The notes under the pieces: generated by a model
The model's input: the letters and a program-made list of their open reading frames with translations, nothing else
Databases searched by the model: none
Told to the model about the DNA's origin: nothing
DNA from: an uncultured Gammaproteobacteria bacterium
Lineage (GTDB): Bacteria > Patescibacteriota > Microgenomatia > Levybacterales > UBA12049
Length of the DNA: 64,000 nucleotides
Reading direction: 5' to 3'
Assembly: GCA_964490105.1 (NCBI GenBank)
Contig: CAZAZU010000001.1
Location: 434,361-498,360 of the forward strand
Translations under genes and position numbers: made by a program
Shown here: one piece after another, positions 50,607 through 59,133 of the stretch
Position numbering within the stretch: the first letter of the stretch is position 1
How the letters are laid out: the number at the start of each line of letters is the position of its first letter

Positions 50607-51162
50607 TTTCTTTAATTTTTTCAAATAACTCTGGGAACCTCCTGTACTTCTCACCTGATGTAGAAATACTAAAATGCTTCTGTCCTGGAATTATAACAAG
50701 TTCTCCGTTAACTTTTTCACTCAAATATCTTGCATGATCAAGCGGACAAAATGGATCATCATCAGAATGAATGAATATAAACTTTCGAGCTTTATTTTTT
50801 ATTTTTTCGAAATCAAAAGGTTCTAAGAAAAGTTCTTCTAAGTCTTCTCTCCCCAAACTATCTTTAAAAGATCCAACTAAATAAACTGGCCCAGTCTTAA
50901 CTCCATCGGGCAAACTTTGGAGTAATCCAAAAATCTCTACAGATCCAGATGAATGTCCTATTATAATAGTGTCAGGTCCAAACTTGAAATCACTAGCTAG
51001 TAAAAATTCTGTATATCGCTTAACATTTGGCACATCTGCGCCCGGAAGATCAGGAACCCAAACATTGTATCCTATTTTTTCCAGTTCTTCTTTTATCCAC
51101 GGAAACCAATTTTTATTTGAATTTGAGCCAGTCCCATGAAGTATCAACGCATTTTTATTCAT
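50599..51162 (-). CDS. Small alpha/beta-fold serine hydrolase (paralogue of 50052-50606)
   Basis: GHSSGS nucleophile elbow and the same N-terminal block (NALILHGTGSNS.KNWFPW vs LKAIFIPGNGGGSPKDGWFPY). Confidence 0.55.
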   Translation of the reverse strand: MNKNALILHGTGSNSNKNWFPWIKEELEKIGYNVWVPDLPGADVPNVKRYTEFLLASDFKFGPDTIIIGHSSGSVEIFGLLQSLPDGVKTGPVYLVGSFKDSLGREDLEELFLEPFDFEKIKNKARKFIFIHSDDDPFCPLDHARYLSEKVNGELVIIPGQKHFSISTSGEKYRRFPELFEKIKENE

Positions 51163-51778
51163 CTACCTCAACGATTCTATACCAGTCGTCTTTTACTTCT
51201 ATGTATTGGTGATTTGTAAGTAGAATAATTTTATTTTCTTCGTTATATGTATGATGCACTCTATGTTTTAAATATCTTTCTTTAAATAGTTCATGTCCCC
51301 AGTGTGGGAAAACTACAAAATCGACTAAATTTAAACCTGCAAAATCTACTAAATTCGGAGCTTTTTTATAGTTATCTAAATCCCGAAGTGGTTCTATGTT
51401 CGGTCCAGCTAATACAGAACCAGCACTAGATCCTATGTAAATTTTTCCATTTTTTATGTAATCAATAATTACATCCCTGCATTCAGATTGCTGGATCTTT
51501 TCGAGCAAATAAAACGTGTTTCCGCCTGAAAAATAAATTATGTCAAAATCTTTTAGGAAGTTTTTTACTTCTTCTTTGTTTTGACCAGTAATTGTGTATT
51601 CTGTTACATCAAACCCAGCATCAATTAAAGACTGCTTATCATCTTCTTTCCATTTAAGATCCCCTTCTTCCACTTCAGCAGCTGTTGAAATAAAAACCAA
51701 CTTAGCGCCTTTTTTGTCAATTTTCTTAGCTACATCGTGAGCTACTTTTTGAACCGAAGAAGTTAAATACAAACTCAT
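51155..51778 (-). CDS. Peptidase S51 (peptidase E-like dipeptidase)
   Basis: IIYFSGGNTFYLL...IYIGSSAGSVLAGP aligns with E. coli PepE GGGNTF...YIGWSAGAN. An 8-nt overlap with the downstream hydrolase suggests coupling. Confidence 0.65.
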   Translation of the reverse strand: MSLYLTSSVQKVAHDVAKKIDKKGAKLVFISTAAEVEEGDLKWKEDDKQSLIDAGFDVTEYTITGQNKEEVKNFLKDFDIIYFSGGNTFYLLEKIQQSECRDVIIDYIKNGKIYIGSSAGSVLAGPNIEPLRDLDNYKKAPNLVDFAGLNLVDFVVFPHWGHELFKERYLKHRVHHTYNEENKIILLTNHQYIEVKDDWYRIVEVDE

Positions 51779-51790
51779 GATGAGATTATA

Positions 51791-52525
51791 TCAGAAGAAA
51801 ATTAGTTTTATTCCGGAAATTAAAACGATTGTGAGAAAAATCCATTTGACTGCTTCATTGCCTTTTTTAATTGCAGTGTGAGCTCCTAAGTATCCACCTA
51901 CTGCTGAGCCAATCATTAGTGGAATTCCTATTCTAAAATCTATTAAACCTGATGACCAGTAAGCTATTAGCGCCGTAAGATTTGCAAAAATTCCCATCGT
52001 AGTTCCATTCGCATTTGCCTGAATAATTGACATACCATAAAAATAAACCAGCGCATAAATTAGAAATGTTCCTCCGCCTCCGCCAAACATTGCAGCATAA
52101 ATCATAATTATAAAGATCACGAAAAATCCAATTATCTTATGGTGTTTTCCCTTATTTTTTTCTGCCAATCCAAAATCTTTATTGAAAACTAAAATTGGCG
52201 CAAAAAATAATAAAATAAATCCTAAAGTTTTTTCCAGTAAATTTTCATCAATTTCCAGAAGCAGTTTCGAGCCGACTAGTCCTCCTAAAATGGCACTCGC
52301 TAAAAATGGAAAAACATATTTCATGTTAATAATTCCCGCTCGTCTGAATTTAAAAATAGATGTTAATGATCCGGTTAACGCACTAAGTCTTGTGGTAGCA
52401 ATTGAAGCCTGAGGACTCATACCTAAAAATATAAGTGCGGGAATAGAAATCAAACCACCGCCTGAAGCTAATGCACCGATAAAACCAGCAGCAAATCCAA
52501 TTAATAATGGAAGCACTATGTCCAC
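51791..52525 (-). CDS. TauE/SafE (DUF81) family anion exporter
   Basis: GFAAGFIGALASGGGLISIPALIFLG, repeated in the C-terminal half; 7-8 TM helices. Confidence 0.8.
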   Translation of the reverse strand: MDIVLPLLIGFAAGFIGALASGGGLISIPALIFLGMSPQASIATTRLSALTGSLTSIFKFRRAGIINMKYVFPFLASAILGGLVGSKLLLEIDENLLEKTLGFILLFFAPILVFNKDFGLAEKNKGKHHKIIGFFVIFIIMIYAAMFGGGGGTFLIYALVYFYGMSIIQANANGTTMGIFANLTALIAYWSSGLIDFRIGIPLMIGSAVGGYLGAHTAIKKGNEAVKWIFLTIVLISGIKLIFF

Positions 52526-52573
52526 ATATGAAGTATACCATTGACTATTATATAAATTGTGTATAATCGGATT

Positions 52574-53617
52574 ATGGCGACAGAAGATATTTTAGACCAG
52601 GTTAATCTTCGCTATTCTAATGATAAAAAACCGGGATACACAAGAAAAGTAACTAATGATAAATTTATTTACTTCGATACAAAAGGAAATAAAATCACGG
52701 ACCAGGCTACAATTGACCGCATAAATAAATTAGTAATTCCTCCTGCTTATAAAAATGTCTGGATAGCTCCATACGCAAATGGGCATATCCAAGCTACAGG
52801 AATAGATGCCAGAGGCAGAAAACAATATCGTTATCATCCTTTATGGATAAAGATGAGTCAGGGAGAAAAATTCACTCATATTATGGAATTTGCAAAAACT
52901 CTTCCTAAAATAAGAAGTAAAGTCCGCTCAGATATGGAAAAACCAGGAGTTTCAAAAGAAAAAATTTTAGCAACAATCGTTTGGCTGCTCGAGAACACAT
53001 TAATAAGAATTGGGAATGAAGAATATGCCATAGATAATAACTCATATGGCCTTACAACTCTTAAAAACAAGCATGCACTAATTACCTCAACTGACAAAGT
53101 TGTTTTTAAATTTAAGGGAAAGAGCGGCGTATATCACAACGTGAGCATAAGAAATAAAAAAGTTGCAAAAGTATTACGACGCTTAAAAGAAATTCCAGGT
53201 CAGGATCTTTTTGGGTATATGGATGAAAATGGAGAAATTCAAACAATTGACTCTTATGATGTGAATGAATACTTAAAACTAATTACGGGTCAGGAAGTAA
53301 CAGCTAAAGATTTTAGAACTTGGGGTGGAACAGTTTTGGCTGCCATGCATTTTAATAAATTAGGATTAGCAGAAGAAGAAAATTTAGTTAAGGAGAATGT
53401 GGTTAATACTGTAAAGGAAGTTGCGAGCTTTTTAAGAAACCGCCCTGCAACTTGCAAAAAGTATTATATTCACCCGGCAATAATTGAAAGCTATACAAAA
53501 GGATATATAATTTCAAATATGGAAAACTTACCTAAGAAAAAAAGATACTTTACAATTGATGGACTCGGAGTTCACGAAAACAAAACTATGGCACTTTTAA
53601 CTTATCTGTCTCCATAA
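52574..53617 (+). CDS. Type IB DNA topoisomerase (bacterial/poxvirus-like TopIB)
   Basis: N-terminal KPGYTRK...IDRINKLVIPPAYKNVWIAPYANGHIQATGIDARGRKQYRYHPLW, core LTGQEVTAKDFRTWGGTV (compare vaccinia TAKVFRTY), and the active-site region CKKYYIHPAI. The ORF-track start is a GTG; the first ATG is at 52574. Confidence 0.82.
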   Translation: MATEDILDQVNLRYSNDKKPGYTRKVTNDKFIYFDTKGNKITDQATIDRINKLVIPPAYKNVWIAPYANGHIQATGIDARGRKQYRYHPLWIKMSQGEKFTHIMEFAKTLPKIRSKVRSDMEKPGVSKEKILATIVWLLENTLIRIGNEEYAIDNNSYGLTTLKNKHALITSTDKVVFKFKGKSGVYHNVSIRNKKVAKVLRRLKEIPGQDLFGYMDENGEIQTIDSYDVNEYLKLITGQEVTAKDFRTWGGTVLAAMHFNKLGLAEEENLVKENVVNTVKEVASFLRNRPATCKKYYIHPAIIESYTKGYIISNMENLPKKKRYFTIDGLGVHENKTMALLTYLSP

Positions 53618-53663
53618 TTTTAGAACTTGAATTTAATCACATTTAATGTGTTAAAATTCAGAT

Positions 53664-55127
53664 GTGAAAAAAATTATTCGCCGTATAATACGGTATTTTA
53701 ATCCAATAGCTAGGCTTGGGTATGCAAGATACTCGGTTATGGTTCCACTATTAATTAGTCTGATAGCAGCTTCATTAATATATCTACAATTTATTTATAT
53801 AACCGGAGATCCAAATTCGTTAGGGCTTTTAGCAATCTTTATTCCACTTGCTTTAATCGTTTATTCCTCTTTTAGAGACGGAATAAGAGGGGGATTTACA
53901 GCAACTATAGTTACTATTTGTTTTTACTTTTATATAATTTATTCGCTCAATTATACAGGCGATGAACTCAGGTCAGGAATCCAAACAACCATAGCGCTAA
54001 CTTTCTTATACTTATTAATTTCCATAATAGTTGGCTGGCTTAAGCAAACAATTGACGGCTTAATAATAAAAGAGGCTGATGCCAGAAAAAGGCTTGAGGC
54101 AATACTTGAGCAACTCCCGGTAGGAATAATCGTAGCGAGCAAAAATGGCGGGCTTTTGTCAGCCAATAAAAAAATTGAGAACATGGTGGGCTCTAAAATT
54201 CCAAAAAATTTTGTTGTTGGAAAATCAAGATTTATTAATTACTTGGATGGAGATAAATCTCTCGATTTAAGCCAATATCCATTAACAAGAGCCTTAAAAG
54301 GTAAAAATGTAATAAACCAGGAACTAATAATAAAAAGGGGCGACAAAAGATTGGTGTTCGTAAATGTTAGCTCTAGCCCTATCAAAAATAGGGATGGTAA
54401 TATCATCGCCGCTGCATCGATTATTAGCGATATCACACATCAGAAAGAATTAGAAAAAAGAAAAGATGACTTCATAAATATGGCTTCTCATGAATTAAAA
54501 ACTCCGCTTACAAGCATGATTCTTTATCTTAGTTCTTTAAATAAAAGATCTAGAAATAATAACGACAAGACACTTATTAACACTATAAGAAGAATTCAGA
54601 GCCAAACAGAAAATCTTAAAGAGTTAGTAGACGATTTACTTGATGTCTCAAGACTAAATACAGGAAAACTTAGATATAATTATGAAAAGTTTGAGTTAAA
54701 TAAATTAATAAATGAAGTTGTGAACGCTCTGCAGGAAACCACACCACAAAATATTATTTTTTCGAAAAATAAACCAGTAGAAGTTACTGGGGATAAATTT
54801 AGAATAAATCAAGTTTTAATGAATCTGATTTCTAACGCGATTAAATACTCATCCCAAGAAGGTAAAATTAATGTTCACTCAGTTATAAATAAAGATGAAG
54901 TTGTGGTTAGTATTAAAGATTCAGGAATTGGAATTAATAAGTCGGAGCAAAGTAGAATTTTTGATAGACTTTATCAAGTAACTGATGAACAGGAAAAAAC
55001 ATTTCCAGGGCTAGGTATGGGACTCTATATTTCTAAGGAGATAATTGACAAGCATAATGGTAAAATCTGGGTAGAGAGCGAAAAAGGTAAAGGCTCTACT
55101 TTCTTTTTCACTCTTCCTATAAAATAA
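53664..55127 (+). CDS. Sensor histidine kinase (membrane domain, PAS, HisKA, HATPase_c)
   Basis: 4-5 N-terminal TM helices, a PAS-like block, H-box MASHELKTPLTSM, and N/G boxes (ISNAIKYS, DSGIGI, GLGMGLYI). Confidence 0.9.
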   Translation: MKKIIRRIIRYFNPIARLGYARYSVMVPLLISLIAASLIYLQFIYITGDPNSLGLLAIFIPLALIVYSSFRDGIRGGFTATIVTICFYFYIIYSLNYTGDELRSGIQTTIALTFLYLLISIIVGWLKQTIDGLIIKEADARKRLEAILEQLPVGIIVASKNGGLLSANKKIENMVGSKIPKNFVVGKSRFINYLDGDKSLDLSQYPLTRALKGKNVINQELIIKRGDKRLVFVNVSSSPIKNRDGNIIAAASIISDITHQKELEKRKDDFINMASHELKTPLTSMILYLSSLNKRSRNNNDKTLINTIRRIQSQTENLKELVDDLLDVSRLNTGKLRYNYEKFELNKLINEVVNALQETTPQNIIFSKNKPVEVTGDKFRINQVLMNLISNAIKYSSQEGKINVHSVINKDEVVVSIKDSGIGINKSEQSRIFDRLYQVTDEQEKTFPGLGMGLYISKEIIDKHNGKIWVESEKGKGSTFFFTLPIK

Positions 55128-55131
55128 AAAT

Positions 55132-55491
55132 ATGGCAAAAAAAATACTAGTAGTCGATGATGAGGAAAGCATACTTGATGCTGTAAAATTAATTCTCGAA
55201 GATGAGGGATTTTTGGTAAAAGCAATTTTTAAAGGTGATGAAGTATATAAGGAAGTAGAAAAATTTAATCCAGATTTAATTCTTTTAGACGTTTTAATGT
55301 CTGGAAAAGATGGAAGAACTATTTCCAAAAATTTAAAAAGCATTGAAAAAACAAAAAACATTCCTGTTATTATGATCTCTGCACACCCAACTGCAAGTGA
55401 AACATTAAAGGAATATAAAGCTGACGATTTTTTAGCAAAGCCTTTTAAGGTGGACGAATTACTGGAAATCTTAGAGAAGTACCTAAACTAA
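55132..55491 (+). CDS. Stand-alone response-regulator receiver domain (CheY-like)
   Basis: KILVVDDEES...DLILLDVLMSGKDG...KP; 119 aa with no output domain. Confidence 0.9.
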   Translation: MAKKILVVDDEESILDAVKLILEDEGFLVKAIFKGDEVYKEVEKFNPDLILLDVLMSGKDGRTISKNLKSIEKTKNIPVIMISAHPTASETLKEYKADDFLAKPFKVDELLEILEKYLN

Positions 55492-56442
55492 ATGTGCTCC
55501 GTTTGCCGGATAATTAATAATCGTTTTAATAACCTCTGGTAATTCTTTTAATTTTTCAGATATCTTTTCTGCGTCCTCGCTTCTGCAAATTACATGAACA
55601 TCCTGACCCGTGTTAATAGTAAAATAACATTCTAATCCTTCTCGGCGGAGACTCTGAACATATTTCATAACAGCTACAGTTCCTGGTGTCCAATAAAATA
55701 ACGGCGGATTAGATGTAAATAAAATTGAGTGAAATTCCAAAGCTTCTCTTTCTATAATATCTCCAAATTCAGAAAAGTTTTTTTCTTCAATTAATTTTTT
55801 TACTTTATTTATTTTTTCAGGAATTCCCTCTAATCTTTTTTCAAAAAATATTCCAGATCTGGCGGATTTTTGTCCTTCACTTGTCGCTAAGAATTTTTTC
55901 TCTGTACTTACTACTGCTATAACATCTGCTATCTGAAAATAATCAGCTGGAAAAACAGACTGCGCATATGACTCTTCGCTTGTGTTTCCATCCCTCCACT
56001 CTACAAATCCGTCTGGAATTGAACGGCATGCAGATCCTGACCCCTGACGAGCTAGAATCGATAGATCTTTCTTGCTTAATTTCAAACCTGCAGCAGAGAC
56101 TCCCGCTAAAGTTAATGCTGCAAATCCAGAGGCAGAAGAAGAAAGACCAGTTCCAGTTGGAAAATTATTTTCTGTAATAATTTTTACTTTTTTATGGATA
56201 TTTGCCAGTTTTCGAATTCTGTCAATATGCTTTATCGCTCTATTATTTTCTAATTCTTCAATTTTCCCGTTAAAACTCACATGATCGTTTTCAAAATCTC
56301 CAAATTCTACAGTAGTTGTAGTTAAAAGTGTTGAAAGATTCATGGAAATACTTCCATTCTCAGGAAGCCTTAAGACCTCATCTTTTCTCCCCCAATATTT
56401 TACAAATGCTATGTTCGATGGTGCTTGTGCAGTTACTTTCAT
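55483..56442 (-). CDS. mvaD: Diphosphomevalonate decarboxylase (GHMP family)
   Basis: APSNIAFVKYWGRKDEVLRLPENGSISMNLS is the MVD signature, with a GHMP ATP-binding loop GLSSSASGFAALT. Confidence 0.85.
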   Translation of the reverse strand: MKVTAQAPSNIAFVKYWGRKDEVLRLPENGSISMNLSTLLTTTTVEFGDFENDHVSFNGKIEELENNRAIKHIDRIRKLANIHKKVKIITENNFPTGTGLSSSASGFAALTLAGVSAAGLKLSKKDLSILARQGSGSACRSIPDGFVEWRDGNTSEESYAQSVFPADYFQIADVIAVVSTEKKFLATSEGQKSARSGIFFEKRLEGIPEKINKVKKLIEEKNFSEFGDIIEREALEFHSILFTSNPPLFYWTPGTVAVMKYVQSLRREGLECYFTINTGQDVHVICRSEDAEKISEKLKELPEVIKTIINYPANGAHLV

Positions 56443-57290
56443 ATCAATTCAAATTTTTTGAATATACTAATTATACCATCTTCATTTACGTGGCCTCCGA
56501 TAAAATGCCTTTTCTCGTTTTTATCTAGTTTAGATTTTAATTCCTCTGTTCCATTTCCCATTACTCCTTTATATCCGCAAATTTCTATGAAATCCCAATC
56601 ATGAATCGTATCTCCCACTCCTAATACTTCGTCAAGATCTACATTAAGGTATTTTGCTAAATATTTAACGCCATGTTTCTTGGATGCATTTTTTGAAGTT
56701 ACTACAGCAGTTTTAACGTCGCCTGTGTTTGGTCCACTTGACCAAGAAAAATTAAACAAATCTTTTATTCCTTCTAAAACTGCATTAATTTTTTCTTTAT
56801 CACTATTATTAAATGCTGAAATATTTATTTTTGAAATTTCTTTTTTTTCTATTAATTGCGAAAAATCATTTATCAAAATTGGTCTTCTGCCTATAAAATT
56901 TTCATATTTTTTTGTATATTCATTTTCTGCTGATTTTAATAGGTAATAGTCTTCTGTAGTGAAAATATTTACGTAAACATCTTTTCCTAATAAGTTTAAT
57001 AACTTAATTAGATGTTCAGGCTTTATGATTTCTTTTTTTATTATTTTATTTTGGATCGGATTAAATATTACAGCTCCTCCATCCGCAATGTGAGGATTAT
57101 CGATCCCGATATTTGCAATATTTTCCTTCGCTGCGAAAGTAGTTTTGCCAGTTAAAAAGCTAACACGAATTCCGCTTTCATGAATCTTTTTCAAAGCTTT
57201 AGAAACTTTTTTACTGGGTTGGGGAAAATTAATTCCGGGGAGATTTCCAATTATTACACCGTCTATATCAAGAACTATTGCTTTTATCAT
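56439..57290 (-). CDS. HAD-IIB (Cof-type) phosphatase embedded in the mevalonate operon
   Basis: Motif I VLDIDGV, motif II FLTGK, motif IV GVGDTIHD, plus a Cof-type cap insertion. Confidence 0.65.
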   Translation of the reverse strand: MIKAIVLDIDGVIIGNLPGINFPQPSKKVSKALKKIHESGIRVSFLTGKTTFAAKENIANIGIDNPHIADGGAVIFNPIQNKIIKKEIIKPEHLIKLLNLLGKDVYVNIFTTEDYYLLKSAENEYTKKYENFIGRRPILINDFSQLIEKKEISKINISAFNNSDKEKINAVLEGIKDLFNFSWSSGPNTGDVKTAVVTSKNASKKHGVKYLAKYLNVDLDEVLGVGDTIHDWDFIEICGYKGVMGNGTEELKSKLDKNEKRHFIGGHVNEDGIISIFKKFELI

Positions 57291-58257
57291 CTTCCACTCT
57301 TACTCCTTCTGCATTTGTTTTAACTTTAAGAATTTCTCCGCCTGCTTCTGTTATTCCTTTTTCAATACTATCCAAACTATCCTCTGGCCCAAATGAAATC
57401 ATACAATCTCCTCCGCCTGCTCCTGATAATTTTCCTCCATATGCTCCGCCATTTACTGCGCCCTGTATCATCGCATCTAATTTATCAATACTTACTCCAA
57501 GCTCTACTAAAAGTTTTTGATTATCTAGCATTAGTTTTCCTGCAGTTTCCCAATCGCTACCTATAACAGCGGGTTTTGCTTTTTCAACGAGTGTGTCAAT
57601 TTCGTTATAGATTTCATCAAGTCTAGTTTTATTATCTGCGAATTTTTCCTTAACTTGATTTATGAGAGTTACAGTATCTGCTTTAACACCTGTATAGCCA
57701 ACTATTAACGGCAGAGAATCAATATTTAGAGGCTCAATAGTTTTTCCGCCTGTTACAAAATAAAGAGTTCCGCCATAGGTCGCAGCAGCTACATCAAATC
57801 CCGAACCTTTTCCTTGAATATCCAAAACTGCTTTAAATGCTAAGTCAAAAACTGCTTTGTTATCTAAATTTAATTCAAATAGTTCTGGAAGTGCTTTTAC
57901 AGCACAAACTGTGGAAGCAGAAGAAGATCCGAATCCAAATTTAGATGAAAATTCTGAAGAAGTTGTAATTCGTAAACCTTTATTCAAGCCAAACTTATCA
58001 TAAAGATTTTTAACTGCGATCTCTACAAATTTTGCACCTTTTGGAATATCCCCCTGTCCTAATTCTGAAATAGACTTTTTATAACCCGTAACATCTACGT
58101 CAGATGCTTCTAATTCAAAGTTTGGCTCATCAAGTAATTCGGCAGTCAAACGAATTCTCTGGTCAACTGCAGTAACCAAACATGGATGATCATACACTAC
58201 AGCGTGTTCTCCAAAAAGCATTAATTTCCCCGGCGCCGAAACAGTTACTTTATTCAT
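57268..58257 (-). CDS. GHMP kinase, mevalonate kinase-like (mevalonate or phosphomevalonate kinase)
   Basis: SAPGKLMLFGEHAVVY, GFGSSSAS, GSGFDVAAATYGG and KLSGAGGGDCMI are the MVK-family motifs. Confidence 0.75.
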   Translation of the reverse strand: MNKVTVSAPGKLMLFGEHAVVYDHPCLVTAVDQRIRLTAELLDEPNFELEASDVDVTGYKKSISELGQGDIPKGAKFVEIAVKNLYDKFGLNKGLRITTSSEFSSKFGFGSSSASTVCAVKALPELFELNLDNKAVFDLAFKAVLDIQGKGSGFDVAAATYGGTLYFVTGGKTIEPLNIDSLPLIVGYTGVKADTVTLINQVKEKFADNKTRLDEIYNEIDTLVEKAKPAVIGSDWETAGKLMLDNQKLLVELGVSIDKLDAMIQGAVNGGAYGGKLSGAGGGDCMISFGPEDSLDSIEKGITEAGGEILKVKTNAEGVRVEDDKSNSS

Positions 58258-58260
58258 ATA

Positions 58261-59133
58261 TTAAAATTGTACTACAACTGCAGATGGGGCAAGAGCTCTA
58301 ATTCTTGGTTCAACTGGTCTTAATGGTTTTTCTGCTCTTATGACCAACACAGGGAAGTCAATTCCAACTGGTCCATCTTGATTTCCTCTTATATTAAATC
58401 TTTGCCTAAAATACTCAGGTTGTCTTGCTAATAAATGATCCATAGCTTTTCGTCCGCCTGGCTGTTTAAACTGTCCGCCATTCTCCCAGTCCTGCGTAGA
58501 AACCTGACTAACATAGTCTTTAATACTAGAAACCCTAAAACCCGCATTATTTAGCAAACTTACCCATTGATCTTCAGTTGGTATATTACATCTTCCTCTT
58601 TCGTCTAAATCTCTTCCCCCTAGGACTTGTTTTGCGCTATGCTGTGCGTTTGTTCTAGCTTTCATTCCATCAGGTGAAACCATATCCGCTACTACCAAAA
58701 CTCCACCAGGTTTTAAAACATCATTAATTCCTGCGAGAACATTAGGCTGTTGATCTTGAGGAATGTCCTTAAGGCCATATCTAACAACAGCAACATCTGC
58801 AAGTGGAACTCCAGACAAATCCCTAACATCAGCTTGAATTCTTTCAATTCCTTCAGGAACTTTTCCTAAGCTTACAGCACTAGCCTCAACTGCTACAAAT
58901 CTATGCCCTGGTGAACGATCCATTAAACCCTTTCCTACCTTTCCAGGCCCTGACATTAGATCTAAAACTACAGCTTCTCCTTGGATATCGCCTAAACCAG
59001 TTGCTCTGTGGATCATATCCAAAAAACCTTGATCTGTATATGTTTTGGGTCCTTTATCCCAGTCTCTTTTTGCGTATATTTCTGGCATATCTGGTGCCGG
59101 CACTTGGCCTGGCCTAGCATCTGGTGCTGTCAT
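58261..59133 (-). CDS. Class I SAM-dependent methyltransferase
   Basis: Motif I VLDLMSGPGKVG, acidic post-I FVAVEAS, motif III LKPGGVLVVAD. Its composition is rich in Pro, Arg, Gly and Ala, unlike the neighbouring proteins. Confidence 0.7.
   Translation of the reverse strand: MTAPDARPGQVPAPDMPEIYAKRDWDKGPKTYTDQGFLDMIHRATGLGDIQGEAVVLDLMSGPGKVGKGLMDRSPGHRFVAVEASAVSLGKVPEGIERIQADVRDLSGVPLADVAVVRYGLKDIPQDQQPNVLAGINDVLKPGGVLVVADMVSPDGMKARTNAQHSAKQVLGGRDLDERGRCNIPTEDQWVSLLNNAGFRVSSIKDYVSQVSTQDWENGGQFKQPGGRKAMDHLLARQPEYFRQRFNIRGNQDGPVGIDFPVLVIRAEKPLRPVEPRIRALAPSAVVVQF

Noticed and set aside
52562-52567. Hexamers resembling the -10 box (TATAAT, TAGAAT, TAAAAT, TAATAT) lying 0-6 nt upstream of several start codons (TopIB, GT2 at 6249, the histidine kinase, DUF1003), which suggests leaderless promoters
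   Set aside because: In DNA of about 27% GC, TAnAAT-like hexamers occur by chance every few tens of bp. The spacing to the ATG (0-6 nt) is also inconsistent between genes, and inconsistent with transcription starting at the A of ATG. This is not supportable without transcript data.
52559-52573. ORF-track starts at 52559 (TopIB), 6216 (GT2), 16168 (family A) and others that translate as M but are GTG/TTG codons
   Set aside because: The track evidently allows alternative start codons. Where an in-frame ATG with a conserved N-terminus follows closely, I used the ATG. These are start-site uncertainties, not separate features.
53618-53663. Short palindrome CACATTTAATGTG between the TopIB and histidine kinase genes as an operator or terminator
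   Set aside because: Five-bp arms with an AT-only loop in an AT-rich intergenic region; too weak to call a terminator or binding site.
58261-59133. Methyltransferase gene as a horizontally transferred insert, judged by higher GC (about 41%)
   Set aside because: The flanking mevalonate genes have similar or higher GC (40-45%) by hand count, so the nucleotide composition is not locally anomalous. Only the amino-acid composition stands out. I kept it as a functional oddity, not as a compositional HGT call.
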